DNA of 64,000 bases from Okamejei kenojei (taxonomy: Eukaryota). The stretch covers positions 56,544,001 through 56,608,000 of the forward strand of contig CM069139.1 in assembly GCA_035221665.1 (NCBI GenBank), written 5' to 3'. The notes under the pieces were generated by a model, which saw only the letters and a program-made list of their open reading frames with translations, did no database searches and was not told where the DNA came from. Positions 11,704-23,215 of the stretch are shown here, one piece after another (the stretch's first letter is position 1; each line of letters begins with the position of its first letter). The translations under genes and the position numbers were made by a program.

Positions 11704-14324
11704 CCCCTCCCCCGTCCTCTATTCCCCTTCTCCTCTTTCTCCGTGCCCCCTCTATCCTCCTCTCTCCCCCTCTCTCTCTCTCCCTGCTCTCCCTCTCCAT
11801 CCCCTCCCCCCCTCTCTCTCCACCTTTATATATATTATACAATAGATTAACAAGGGGGGTAGTTAGCGTGTGTGCGGGGGGGAGTATGTGTGTGTGTGGG
11901 GATGGTAATGTGCTGATCCGCAAGCCGCCCCCCCCCCCGAAACACACGGGGGGAACAGACCCAACAGGTCTGCACTTGGTCTAGTAACTGTTAAAAGTAT
12001 GATCGTGTTTGTGTGTGTGTGTGTTAGTGTGTTCATACTGCTCGTAAAAACGACGCTCTGACGGTAAAATGTTTACATATTCCTATAGAGTTTTATCCCG
12101 TGAAGTCAAAAATCGGCTTACCTGAAAATTTCAAAAATGTTCAAAACTTAGAAAATAAATGAGCTGATGACGTCAATGGATCTGCTCATCCCGCCCGCTA
12201 CGTAACATTTTCCACGCGCTCCCCCCGCCCCCGGACTTGCAGTCATTTGGTCGCTGCCTGCCCGCCCTCTCGAAGTCGACTCGCACTCGGCTGGCCGTCC
12301 GCCCCGCCTGTAACCCAGCCCCCTCCCCCCGCTCTGCTGGATTTGAAGCCACTGAACACACAGTAATTTGGTTGACGCTGCACTCGCTGCCTCGCTCCCT
12401 CCTGCACTCCCCGCTTCTTTTCGCGACCCTCCGCTCGCTTTTCAACTGCGGCAAAGACACTCTGCAAGTGAAGAACAAGCAAGTCTGGGCCCTGTACTAG
12501 AGCTCTCTCTGCTCGCCCCTATATCTCTCCCCTCTCTCTCTCCCCCCTCTCTTCCCTCTCTCTGTGCCCCTCTCTCCCGCCCCCACTCTCTCTCTCTCTC
12601 TCTCGGCTCTCCCTCTCCCCCCCCCCTCTCTCTACTCTCTCTCACTCTCTCTCACCCCCATCTCCCTCTCCCGTCACTCTTCTCTCCTCTTCTCCCGTCT
12701 CACCCCTCCCTCTCTCTCACCCCTCCCTCTCTCTCTTCACACCCCTGCAGCCCTCCTCCAAACCCTCTTCCCCCCCTCCCCCTCCACCCTTCAAGACGCG
12801 TCTGCGAGTTGGGGCATATCGTCAGAGATAGGGCGGTTATGGGGTAAAAGAGAAAATAATAATCATTAATATATATCAAGGGGGTAGCTAGTGGTTGTGT
12901 TGGTGGTTAGTGGGTGACGCCACATGGCGCCGATCCCCCCTACCCCCAACAGGTCTGCACTTGGTCTAGTAGTGTGGTGGTGTGGTGTGTGTAGTGTGTG
13001 TGTGTGTGTGTGTGTGGAGAGAGAGAGAGATTTTGCCTTTGAAACGTACCTCCTTGAAAACCAGACGCAAAAAAGCTGAGATTTTTACAATTTCGGTAGG
13101 GATTTAACTTATGAGTTCAGAAATCCACTCCTTGGTCAATTATTTCCCCAGATTTTGAATTAAATTGTTCACAAACCTAATTTTTTAAAATATAAACGCC
13201 GCTTGCCAGCTGCTGATGTCTCAATGCCCACAAGCCCACCAATCGAGGCCCACCTGCCTCCTGGCCCGCCTGCTGCTCCCGCACCCAGCCCAAGTACGCT
13301 CTCTTCATGCCTCACGCAGCTGGACTCCCACGCCCGCCTGCTCTCCCCAAAAATGTTCAAAAATTTCGAATAACTTAGTAAATAAACGAGCTGATGACGT
13401 CACATTGGGTCTGCTCGTGCCGCCCGCTGTACAACATTTACCACATGCCACCTGCTGCGCACTGTTATCCACGTGATCATCCCCCCCCCCCCCCCCCCCG
13501 GACTCGCGTCATTTGGGCGCCACCTGCCCGTTCGCTCGCAGCTCCGACTCGCACGTCGGCTGGCCGTCCGCCTCGAGCCACAACCAGCCGGCCTCCCCCC
13601 CCCCCGGGCTCTGGATTGAAGCCACTGAACTACACACAGTAATTTTGGGTGACACGCCACCGCTGACCGCTCCTTCCTGCACTCCCCGCTGCTTTTCGCC
13701 ACCCACTTGCTTTATCAGAAACAGCGGCACCCGCTGCAAGTGAAGAACGAGCAAGTCCGGACCCTGAAACCGGGCTCTTTCCCCTCCCCCCCCCCCGGAC
13801 TCTCTCTCTACATCCCCTGCTCTCTCCCTCTCCCCCCTGGCCACCCTCTTTCTCCCTCCTGGGCTATCCGCCCCGGGCTCTCTCTAACCCCCCCCCGGCC
13901 CTCTCTCGCCCTCCGGCTCTCTGATTCCTCCCCCTCCGGGTTCTCTCCCCCCCCTCCGGGCTCTCTTCCCCCCCCCCCGGGGGCTCCCCTCCCACCCCCC
14001 CCCCCGGCCCTCATCCACCCCCCGACCTCCTCCTTCCCTCCCCTGGGCTCGTCTTCCCACCCGACCTCACCACCAACACACCCCTGGCCCCTCTCCCCCC
14101 ACAGACTCTCTCTCCCTCCTCTCCTCTCTCTCCCTCCCCTCCTCTCCTCTCTAGCCCCCACGCCTCTCTCTCCCCAGCCATTTCCCCTTCCTCCCCCGGC
14201 ATCCACTTTTCTCCCCCCTCCCTCCCCCCTTCTTCCCCCGCACCTCTCTCCCCCCCACTCTCCCTCCACAAGTCCCTTTCCCTCCTCCCCCACACCACCC
14301 CTCCAACTGTCCCCCCTGACCTAG
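9730..14324 (+). mobile_element. Head-to-tail array of four related non-autonomous Helitron-like units
   Basis: Units end in CTAG|T at 10904-10907, 11981-11984, 12966-12969 and 14321-14324; hairpin CAGACCCAACGGATCTG/CAGACCCAACAGGTCTG lies 8 nt upstream in units 1 and 2; unit 2 begins A|TCTATTAAAAC followed by (TG)n; all share a GAAAACCAGACG..TTTTTACATATTTCGGTAG-like core and CT-rich bodies. Confidence 0.65.
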
Positions 14325-14740
14325 TATAATCAATACTAAAGGAAGTATAGAAGGATACTTTGAAAAAAATTTAAAGGGAAAAAAAAAAAAAAAAAAAAAA
14401 AAATACAGGAAAAAATTAGATCAAGTCAGTGCGGATTTATTCAAAGGGAAATGATGTTTGATAATTGTTTGAGTTTTTTTGAGGTTGTAAATAGCAGAAA
14501 AGGCAAGTGGGAATCAGAGAGGTCTCAATGGGCCCCATCAAGAGCCCTGTCTGTCCATTTCCTTCTGCAGATGCTGCCTGATCTGTGATTAGCAGTTTGT
14601 TTATTGCTGAAGGTTGAAGTATCGTTAGTCTGTTGTGTCTTTAGATAAGTGGAAATGCCTGTCATCAATGTAAATGGGCTTTCATTAGGTTTTTTTAGAT
14701 ATGGTACACACAACAGTATAGTACACAAAATAAGGAGTAT
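14325..14740 (+). mobile_element. Continuation of old CR1 (RT region)
   Basis: IRSSQCGF..KGK.CL...SFFEVVNSR is similar to IGQSQHGFTKGKSCLTNLVEFFEDVTSS in the intact CR1 at about 42.9 kb. Confidence 0.65.
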
Positions 14741-15907
14741 TATTACCCATATCACACATCTGAGGTATGCTTTTACAAAATTGTATTCCCTTCGTTTTTA
14801 CTGCCAGCAGGGTTTTTAAAAAAAAAACAGGGAATATTTTCTTGTATTCCCGTTCTTGCGAACACCTATGACTTTACCTTAAAACAGCGGGGAAAATATT
14901 CTATATACCCAGGTCTCACATCCGGGAACTTGGCAACGGACGGCCAGAACGCTGCGTGGAAATTTATAATATGTCAACGCAGACGGAAGACTGCCGCTCC
15001 ATTTTGGTTAGAATTTTTACGGGAAGTCGCCGAGCTGAAGAGTTCAAATTTTCCTCTAGATGGTCTGATATGGGTACTAATAACAATATTGACATACCTC
15101 ATTTCGGAGATACGACATACTAAAGCCCTCACTAAACCATATTGGCCCACGTCACGACTTCCGGGCAATATGAATCTACTTCAGGCAATATATGACGTAT
15201 CCCCCTCACGCCGTCAATATTCTATTATTATTTCCCCATATCACCATCTGATGTTTATGCTTTTACGAAATTGTAATCCCTTCCTTTTTTACTGCATCAC
15301 GCTAACAGGGGAATATTTCTTATATCCCCTTTCTAAAGCGAACGACTAAGACATTACTCTGTTTAAAAAACAGCGGGAAAATAGATCTAAGTCCCCTGGT
15401 CTCACATCAGGAACTTGGCAACGTGACGCTGCGTGACGGCAACGTGAACGCTGCGTGACGGCAACAGACGCTGCGTGGCGAAATTAAAAATTTATTCTCA
15501 AACAACAAAATGGCAGCCGGTTGCGAGAAGAGGATCGCGATTTAAAAGTTCGCCCTTCACATTGTCCCATAAAAGAATTACATAAATTACTAATGAAACA
15601 AAAATGTTACATTCTTTAGTCCCCTTATTTACAATGTAGAATGGTTTTAGTAACCCTTATTTACAATGTTGGCCATGCATATGCCAAATGTATAGATACA
15701 TTTCATATCATATGATATGTTCAGATTTTCCTCTAGATGTCTGATAATGGTTATAATAACAATATTGACAGTATCTTTCGGAGATACTACATACATTGCC
15801 CCTCACTAGACCATATAGCCGCACGACATCGACTCGGGCAATATGAATCTACTTCAGGCAATATATGTCGTATCCCCCTCAAGGCCAGTCCCCAATATTC
15901 TATAATC
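14740..15907. mobile_element. Unclassified tandem-dimer insertion (possibly Crypton-like), absent from the duplicate copy
   Basis: Two related units (about 14740-15230 and 15226-15907) each start CCCATATCAC..ATCTGA and end TATCCCCCTCA..CAATATTCTAT; the homologous site at about 21225-21245 lacks them. Confidence 0.55.
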
Positions 15908-16081
15908 AGCCATCTTGGCAATCATTGGGAATGGACAGCAACAAAGAGAGTAGGCCAAAAGACCATAAGATCAGAATTAGACCCATTTTGCTGAATCAAT
16001 TCAAGACCGAAATTATGGATTTGTAGATATTATAAGTAAAGGGGGGGGGGGGGGGGGGCGGGGGTGTGAGGCACTCGGGGG

Positions 16082-16581
16082 NNNNNNNNNNNNNNNNNNN
16101 NNNNNNNNNNNNNNNNNNNNNNNNNNNNNNNNNNNNNNNNNNNNNNNNNNNNNNNNNNNNNNNNNNNNNNNNNNNNNNNNNNNNNNNNNNNNNNNNNNNN
16201 NNNNNNNNNNNNNNNNNNNNNNNNNNNNNNNNNNNNNNNNNNNNNNNNNNNNNNNNNNNNNNNNNNNNNNNNNNNNNNNNNNNNNNNNNNNNNNNNNNNN
16301 NNNNNNNNNNNNNNNNNNNNNNNNNNNNNNNNNNNNNNNNNNNNNNNNNNNNNNNNNNNNNNNNNNNNNNNNNNNNNNNNNNNNNNNNNNNNNNNNNNNN
16401 NNNNNNNNNNNNNNNNNNNNNNNNNNNNNNNNNNNNNNNNNNNNNNNNNNNNNNNNNNNNNNNNNNNNNNNNNNNNNNNNNNNNNNNNNNNNNNNNNNNN
16501 NNNNNNNNNNNNNNNNNNNNNNNNNNNNNNNNNNNNNNNNNNNNNNNNNNNNNNNNNNNNNNNNNNNNNNNNNNNNNNNNN
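16082..16581. other. Assembly gap (500 N)
   Basis: Run of exactly 500 N, i.e. a scaffolding gap of arbitrary size. Confidence 1.
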
Positions 16582-16597
16582 CATAGAGAGATAGTTA

Positions 16598-17113
16598 TTT
16601 GGTTTGGCATGGGCAGTTGGGCCAAAACACTGTTTTCCATGCTCCGTATGCTCCATGTTTGATTATATTCGCAGAGGCCCCTTGAATACATTGTAGTAAA
16701 GTCAAGTAAAGATATACACAAGTAAATTAGAAGCACGTATGAACAGTGGCACTAAACTAATCCATGAGAGAACTTTTAAACAACATTCAGGACTGAGAAA
16801 CCAAATTAGCTGCAAATGGTGTGGAGGATGAATTCATGGAGTGTGGAAGAGATGGTTTTCCCCCGATCATTGTGTTTGAAGAACCAAATTGGTAAAATAA
16901 AATGATTTAATTAATAATCCTGGGTATTTAAGGGAGCCTTAGGGAAGAGTTATCCCATAACATAAACGTGAATTAAAATGTATATAAAGATTGAATGTAA
17001 TTTTAGTTCGGTTTCTGTTCTCAAACCAAGTCAAAATCTTAAATAAGGCAAAATTATTAATGCATGAAGGCATAAGTAAGCTGTGGTACATTCAGATGCA
17101 GATAGGGGGGGCA

Positions 17114-17162
<49 letters not shown>

Positions 17163-20100
17163 GGGGGGAGGAGTCGAAAACCAGATGCAAGAAAACGCTG
17201 AAGATTTTAAACATAATTAAATAATTTTCGGTAGCAATTTAACATGATTTACAGAAAATCGCACTCCATCTCATAAATTTGAGATGAATTATTTCTCCCA
17301 GATTTTTAATAACAAAGTGTTCACCAAAATGGACAGTTTTAAAAAAAATCAAACCACTCTGCAAAGTGCAGCTGCGGAGACGTCACAATGCCCATGCTCG
17401 CGTGCGGCAACCGCCAACCCCCCTCCCCCCCCCCGCTCTCGATTCAAAGCAGAAGCTCTCAACCGCGCAGCGTGCACTTTCCAAACCACCTCCCCCCCCC
17501 CCCCCCTACCCCCCACCCACCCGCCCCACATCAGTCATTCTTTCTGGCCCTCCTAGCTGTGCTGCGGACCAAAAAATCCAGAGGGAGTAATGCCGCCAGG
17601 GCCACCTTCTCAATCGTGGTGCCCCACTAGCAACAATAACAGCTCTGCCCCCCGGCTTCTCCTCTACCACCAAGCCCCCCCCCTCCCTCCTCAACGCTCC
17701 GTCCCTCCTCCCTCCCCTTCTTCCTCTCTACACCACGCGTCACAGGGGACCATCTCCTCTCCGTTTCCGGCCATGGCCCGAACGTCTGCAACGCTGGCGG
17801 AAGCCACGATCACAGCTGTCTGTCCACTGCTTTTTGGCAGCTCAGCAAAGAGCTCTATCCTCTCCTCTCATCTCTCTATTCCTTCCTCCCCCTTTGCTCT
17901 CAGATCGCTCCGTGCCTCGCTTCAGAGGTCCCCCAGCGACTCTGCCGCCCCCGCTGCACTCTCTCTGTCCCTCTCACTCCCCGCCCTCGACCCCATCCCC
18001 TCCCCTCACTCACCCTCGTTCTCCCCTCTCTCCTCAACTCACGATCACACCCCCCCCCTCTCTGCCCACACCGACCCCAAGCCCTCAACAACCTCCCCCT
18101 CCCCCCCCCCACCCCTCCTTCTCCCCCTCTCCCTTCCCCCCGACCCTCTTCTCTCCACTCCCCTCCCATCTCATCTCTCCCCATCACCTATGCTCCCTCT
18201 CCTCCTCCCACTCCCTCATCCTCCCTTCCAGTCTCTGCCATCTCTCTCCTCCCCAATCTCCCATCTGTGCCCATCACTCTCAAACCCCCCCCCCCCTCCC
18301 CACCCACCCCCCCCCCCTAACCCCCTCCTCCCTCACTAGAACACCGCCTGCGATTATGGGTAAAAAGGACAAATTAAAAATATTAATATAATATCAAGGG
18401 GGGTTAGTTAGTGTGTGTGTGTGTGTGTGGGTGTTAGTGTGTGGTGATCCGCCGCAAATCCGCCCCGCAAACACCAGGCGTTGGGGACCTGCACTTGGTC
18501 TAGTATCTATTAAAACTGTGTGTGGTGTGGTGTGCGTGTTTTTTTGCATGTGAGACCTATCCCTCGAAAACCAGCCTAAACGGCAAAAATGTTTTACCAT
18601 ATTTATATCAGTAGCGATTTTCCTTGTGATTTTAGAAATCCACTCCTCTGTACATTTGGAACATTATTTTCCCGACATTTTTAATTAAAATTGTTAATCA
18701 AACTGACCTTTTTTTAAAAATCTGACCGCTGCCCAGCTGCTGACATTACAATAACAGTGAGATTTTTACATCTTCTGGTAAAAAAATTTCTTATGCTCAA
18801 AAATCCAATCCTCTATATATTTGGTCCATTATTTCCCGAGATATTTACTAAAATTTATCACCAAACTTAAAAAATATTAAGATTGCCCAGCTGCTAACCA
18901 CACAATGCCTTTCCTCGTGCCCCCCGCAGCTTTGGGTGAATGCAGCTGCTGTCGACGCACATGCGCAGGTTTCCACCATGTATGTTAGCCCACATTCACC
19001 CACCCCCCACCCCCGTATCCTTCAAAAGGAGCAGAAAAGATCGAGAAAGTTTCTGGCAAACAAAGATTCTACAGCTCAGCTCTCCGGGGAAGCCACGATC
19101 ATCTGTCCCCCCCCTGGCCCGGCCTGGCCTCCTGGGTCACGTTGCGGAAGCCCACGATCGGTATTGGTACCTTCCCGCTGCTTTTCCACAGCCATCACCG
19201 TCCTCAGATCGCTCTGTGCCCATCACCTTGGGGCTGCCTGCCCCGCCCATCTCTCCTCCATACCCCCCTCTCTCTTCTCCCCCCCCCCCCCTCTCTCTCT
19301 CTCTCCCCCCTTTCCCCCCTATCTTCCCCCCACCTCTCCACTTTCCTCCTTGCCCCCCTCTCTCCCCATCCCCCCCATCAATCCATCCCTCCACTCATAG
19401 CACTCCTCATCTCTAATCCCTCCCTCCCCACCACACCCATCTCTCCTCTATCCCATCCCTGACTACTACTCCTCCTCCATCCCCTCCCCCCTCCTCTCTC
19501 CTCCAGACCGTTATATATACTATACCATAGATTAAAAAGGTTGGGTAGTTAGCGTGTGTGCGGGGGGGGGGAGGGGCGGGTAGTTAGAGTGGTGTGGGAT
19601 GGTTAATGTGCGTGATGCCGCATGCCGCCCAACTCCCCCCCGTAAACACAAAATAACGAGCGGGGGAACAGACCCAATGGTCTGCACTATGATCTAAGTA
19701 ACAGTTAAAAGTAATGATCAGTGTTTGTGTGTGGTGTGTGTGTTAGTGTGTTCATAACGCCCGATAAAAAAAACGAAAGCTCTGAAACAATCTCTGACGG
19801 TAAAAATGTTTACATATTCCTATAAGTTTTATCCCGTGAAGTAAAAAATCGGCTTATACCTGAAATTTCAAAAATGTTCAAAAATTTCAAAAAACTTAGA
19901 AAATAAATGAGCTGATGACGTCAATGGATCTGCTCATCCCACCCCGGCTGCGTAACATTTTCACGCGCAGTCCCCCTTGCCCCCAGACTTTGCCAGTCAT
20001 TGGTCGCTGCCTGCCCCCCTCTCGAAGTCGACTAACTCGCAACTCGCGGCCCGTCCGCACCCGCCTGTAAGACAGCCGCCCACCCCCCCCCCCGGCTCTG

Positions 20101-21400
20101 GATTATGAAGCCACTGAACACCCAGTAATTTGGTTGACGTGCGTGCACCGCTGACACGCTCCCATTCCTCACTCCACCCCTCGCTTGCTTTTCAGACTGT
20201 GCGGCACACGCTGCAATAAGAACGACAAGTCGGGAACCCTGTACTATAGCTTCTCCGCCTCCCCCCCCCGGACTCTCTCTCAACGATCCCCGTGTCCTCT
20301 TCCTCCTCCCCCCCGGGCTCGCCTCTCCTCCCTCTGGGCTCTCCCGCCCCTAGGGCCTCTCGTCTACACCACCCCCCCCGGCCCTCTCTCTCCCTCACGG
20401 CTCTCTTCCCCCCCCTCCGGGTTCCTCTACCCCCCCCTCCGGGCTCTCTTCCCCCCCCCCCCCCGGGCTCCCCCTACCCTGGCCCCCCCCCCCCCCGGCC
20501 TCTCACAACCCCCCGACCCTCTCATTCCCTCCCTGGTGCTCTCTTTCCCACCCGACCCCTCACCCCCCACAAATTAAGTACCCCTGGCCTCTCCCCCCAC
20601 AGGACCTCTCTCTCCACCCTCTCCACTCTCTCCCTCCCCTCCTCTCCTCTCCCTAGCCCCCCACGCCTCTCTCGTCCCCATCATTTTCTTCCCTTACTCC
20701 CCCGGCATCCCTCTTCCTCCCCCCTCCCTCCCCCGCCAATCTTTCCTCTTCCCCCGCACCTCTAATCTCTCCCCCCCACTCTCCCTCCCACACTCCCTTT
20801 CCCCCACCCCCACCCACACGGGTCCCCCCTGGTCTAGTATAATCAATTACTAAGGAAGTATAGCAGGATACTTATTGAAAGATAAATGAAAAATAGAATT
20901 AGATCAAAGACAGTGCGATTTAATCAAAGGGAAATGATGTTTGACAATTGTTTGAGTTTTTTTGAGGTTGTAAATAGCAGAAAAGGCAAGTGGGAATCAG
21001 AGAGGTCTCAATGGGCCCCAACACGAGCCCTGTTCTGTCCATTTCTTCTGCAAGTTGCTAGCCTGATCTGTGATTAGCAATTGTTTATTTTGCTGAAGGA
21101 TGTAGTAGATCGTTAGTCTGTTGTGTCTTTAGATAAGTGGAAATGCCTGTCATCAATGTAAAGGGCTTTCATTAGGTTTTCGATATGGTACACACAAACA
21201 AAACAGTAAATTACCAACAAGATAAGGATAAATCTTCCCATCTTGGGCCAGATCATTGGGAAATGGACAGCAAAAAGAGAGTGATGTAAAGTAGGCCAAA
21301 AGACCATAAGATCAAATTAGACCATTTGCTGAATCATTTCAAACTTGAAATTATTGATTTGTAATATTATAAGTATAAAGGGGGGGGGGGGAGGGGGGGG
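16598..21400 (+). repeat. Second, error-rich copy of 9215-16081 (probable haplotype/false duplication)
   Basis: Collinear with the segment left of the gap (e.g. GGCCAAAACACTGTTT at both starts, TATTATAAGTA+polyG at both ends); most differences are 1-nt indels. Confidence 0.85.
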
Positions 21401-22224
21401 GGGGGGGAGGGGGGTATGTGTGGGGGGGGGGGGGAGAGGGGGGGGGTGGGGGGGGGGGTAGTACATATTGGATAAACAGACCAAAAAACAAGGCACTCAA
21501 ATCTAGACACCACAAAAACAGGAAAGGACTAGAAAATATGGCAATACTTTTAAACATTGATAAATAAATAAAAATTATTTTTCGAACTCTGCTCATGATT
21601 GTTTCCCATAAAAACGGAAAACGGACGCTCAACCTCGGTTAGCAACAGCAGATTTTTGGTGTCCACTAAAACCAAAATACCATAATAAAGTAGGTCGCGC
21701 AATAAAAACGATGGTAAACTGTACTAACAAAATTTGGATTTGTGTCCACAACAGCCCTCTTATTAATTCTAAACTGCCAGTACAATTTCCCGACTAAGCA
21801 TCTGACTTAAATCTCCAGAGTTCCTTTTGCCACCATAAATTGAAAAAACCAAACTCCGTTGACTCATTACTCATTTAAATCTCCCCTGGATGGTACTTTT
21901 GTTATTTTTTAAATCATGGTACATGAAACCCTTTCCTTTTCGTTCATGTTCACACTCATGCTCTCATTTGAAAAGTAGACCTGTCTCATAATGAAAATGG
22001 TAATATCTTAGCATGGAATGTAATAATCAAGTGAAACAGGTTAAAGCCTATTAGCAGCAGGGAGCATACACTATATGAGATCCCTTCACATTTCCTATGC
22101 AGCTGGAGTTTCTAATCGCATCGTGAAGTAGTTCCTTAGCACAGTGGAGGGATGTTGTTCAAGCAACAGCAAGGCTAGTTCCTCTGCTTTGATGCTCACC
22201 GCAGAAGTAAGTAAAACCACTTAC

Positions 22225-22350
22225 TTTCATAAACTCCACAATGATCTCCATGTGCTCCAGGAAGATTCAAATGCAGCTGGTAAAGAGGGAGAATGACAAT
22301 CGCTTGTTGGTGATACTTCACTCCGTCAAGCAAAACCAACATCCAAGCAG
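22225..22350 (-). CDS. Candidate 126-bp internal exon (possibly a DPH6 C-terminal exon, in error-rich sequence)
   Basis: Acceptor TTTTGTTTTATCTTACAG, donor GTAAGT, symmetric phase 1-1 open frame AWMLVLLDGVKYHQQAIVILPLYQLHLNLPGAHGDHCGVYE; I do not recognise the peptide. Confidence 0.3.
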
Positions 22351-22849
22351 CTGTAAGATAAAACAAAACGTAAACCACCACAAATTCTAAATAAATGTTA
22401 GTAGTGCCTAATATCAGTCCCGTAATCTTCGCTTTGCCACTTTTTCACCTTCATGTTAACTACTGATATCGCAAAATAGAAAAAAAAAATTTCACAATAA
22501 AGTCCAGCTCCATGTTACTCATGCTATGAAACAATAGAGTTGTTATGATGCACGAAGTCTATATTTTCTCCCTGAATCTATGCATAATTTACAATGATGC
22601 GTTAAATTAATATAATTAAATATATTCTTTAAAAAAAACCCATCGTTATCTACTGTATTTAAAATTTTAATATTTTTCAAACCCCACACCTACCTTAAAC
22701 AAAATAAAAGAAAATGGTAATCCCCCAATGCCATATTAATAAATCATCGTGTACAGCAAAGATTAAAGTGTCAATTACAATACTTAAGAAGTTTTGGAAC
22801 AAGTACCATTGAATATAAATCAACATTAATCTTAAGGTTACCAAATAGT

Positions 22850-23215
22850 GAAAAGCCTGGATAGAATGCTGTTGGAGAGATGTTTCCACTTTGGAGAGTC
22901 TAGGACCCAGAGGTCACAGGCATCACAATAAAAAGGATATACCTTTTAGAAAAGCAGCATGAGAAGAATTTCTTCAACTTTCCATCCGAGAGTGGTGAAT
23001 CTTGGAATTCATATGCCATGAGACTGCTGTAAAGAGGAGAGACGCTTTGGGGATTTTAAAAAAAAGGCATAGATTGACAATATTTTTGATTAGTTAGGGT
23101 GTCAGGTGCTATTGGGCAGAAAGGCAGGAGAATATTCTTTTAGAGGGAAGAGATAGATCAGCCAAGATTGAATGGCGAGAAGACTAATGGGTCGAATGTC
23201 CTAATTTTACTCCTG
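22850..23215 (+). mobile_element. CR1 3' fragment (error-rich)
   Basis: GATGTTTCCACT..GAGAGTCTAGGACC..GAGAGTGGTGAATCTTGGAATTC plus the CR1 3' UTR. Confidence 0.8.

Noticed and set aside
15996-16736. ORFs of about 200-246 aa
   Set aside because: They merely span the N gap.
9918-20765. Many Pro/Ser/Leu-rich and Gly/Arg/Glu-rich ORFs
   Set aside because: Artefacts of CT-rich low-complexity tracts inside the Helitron-like units; open in several frames on both strands.
21380-21458. Long poly-G runs (also about 9730, 16041 and 17105) as G-quadruplex elements
   Set aside because: They sit at low-quality contig ends and differ between duplicate copies, so their length and sequence are unreliable.
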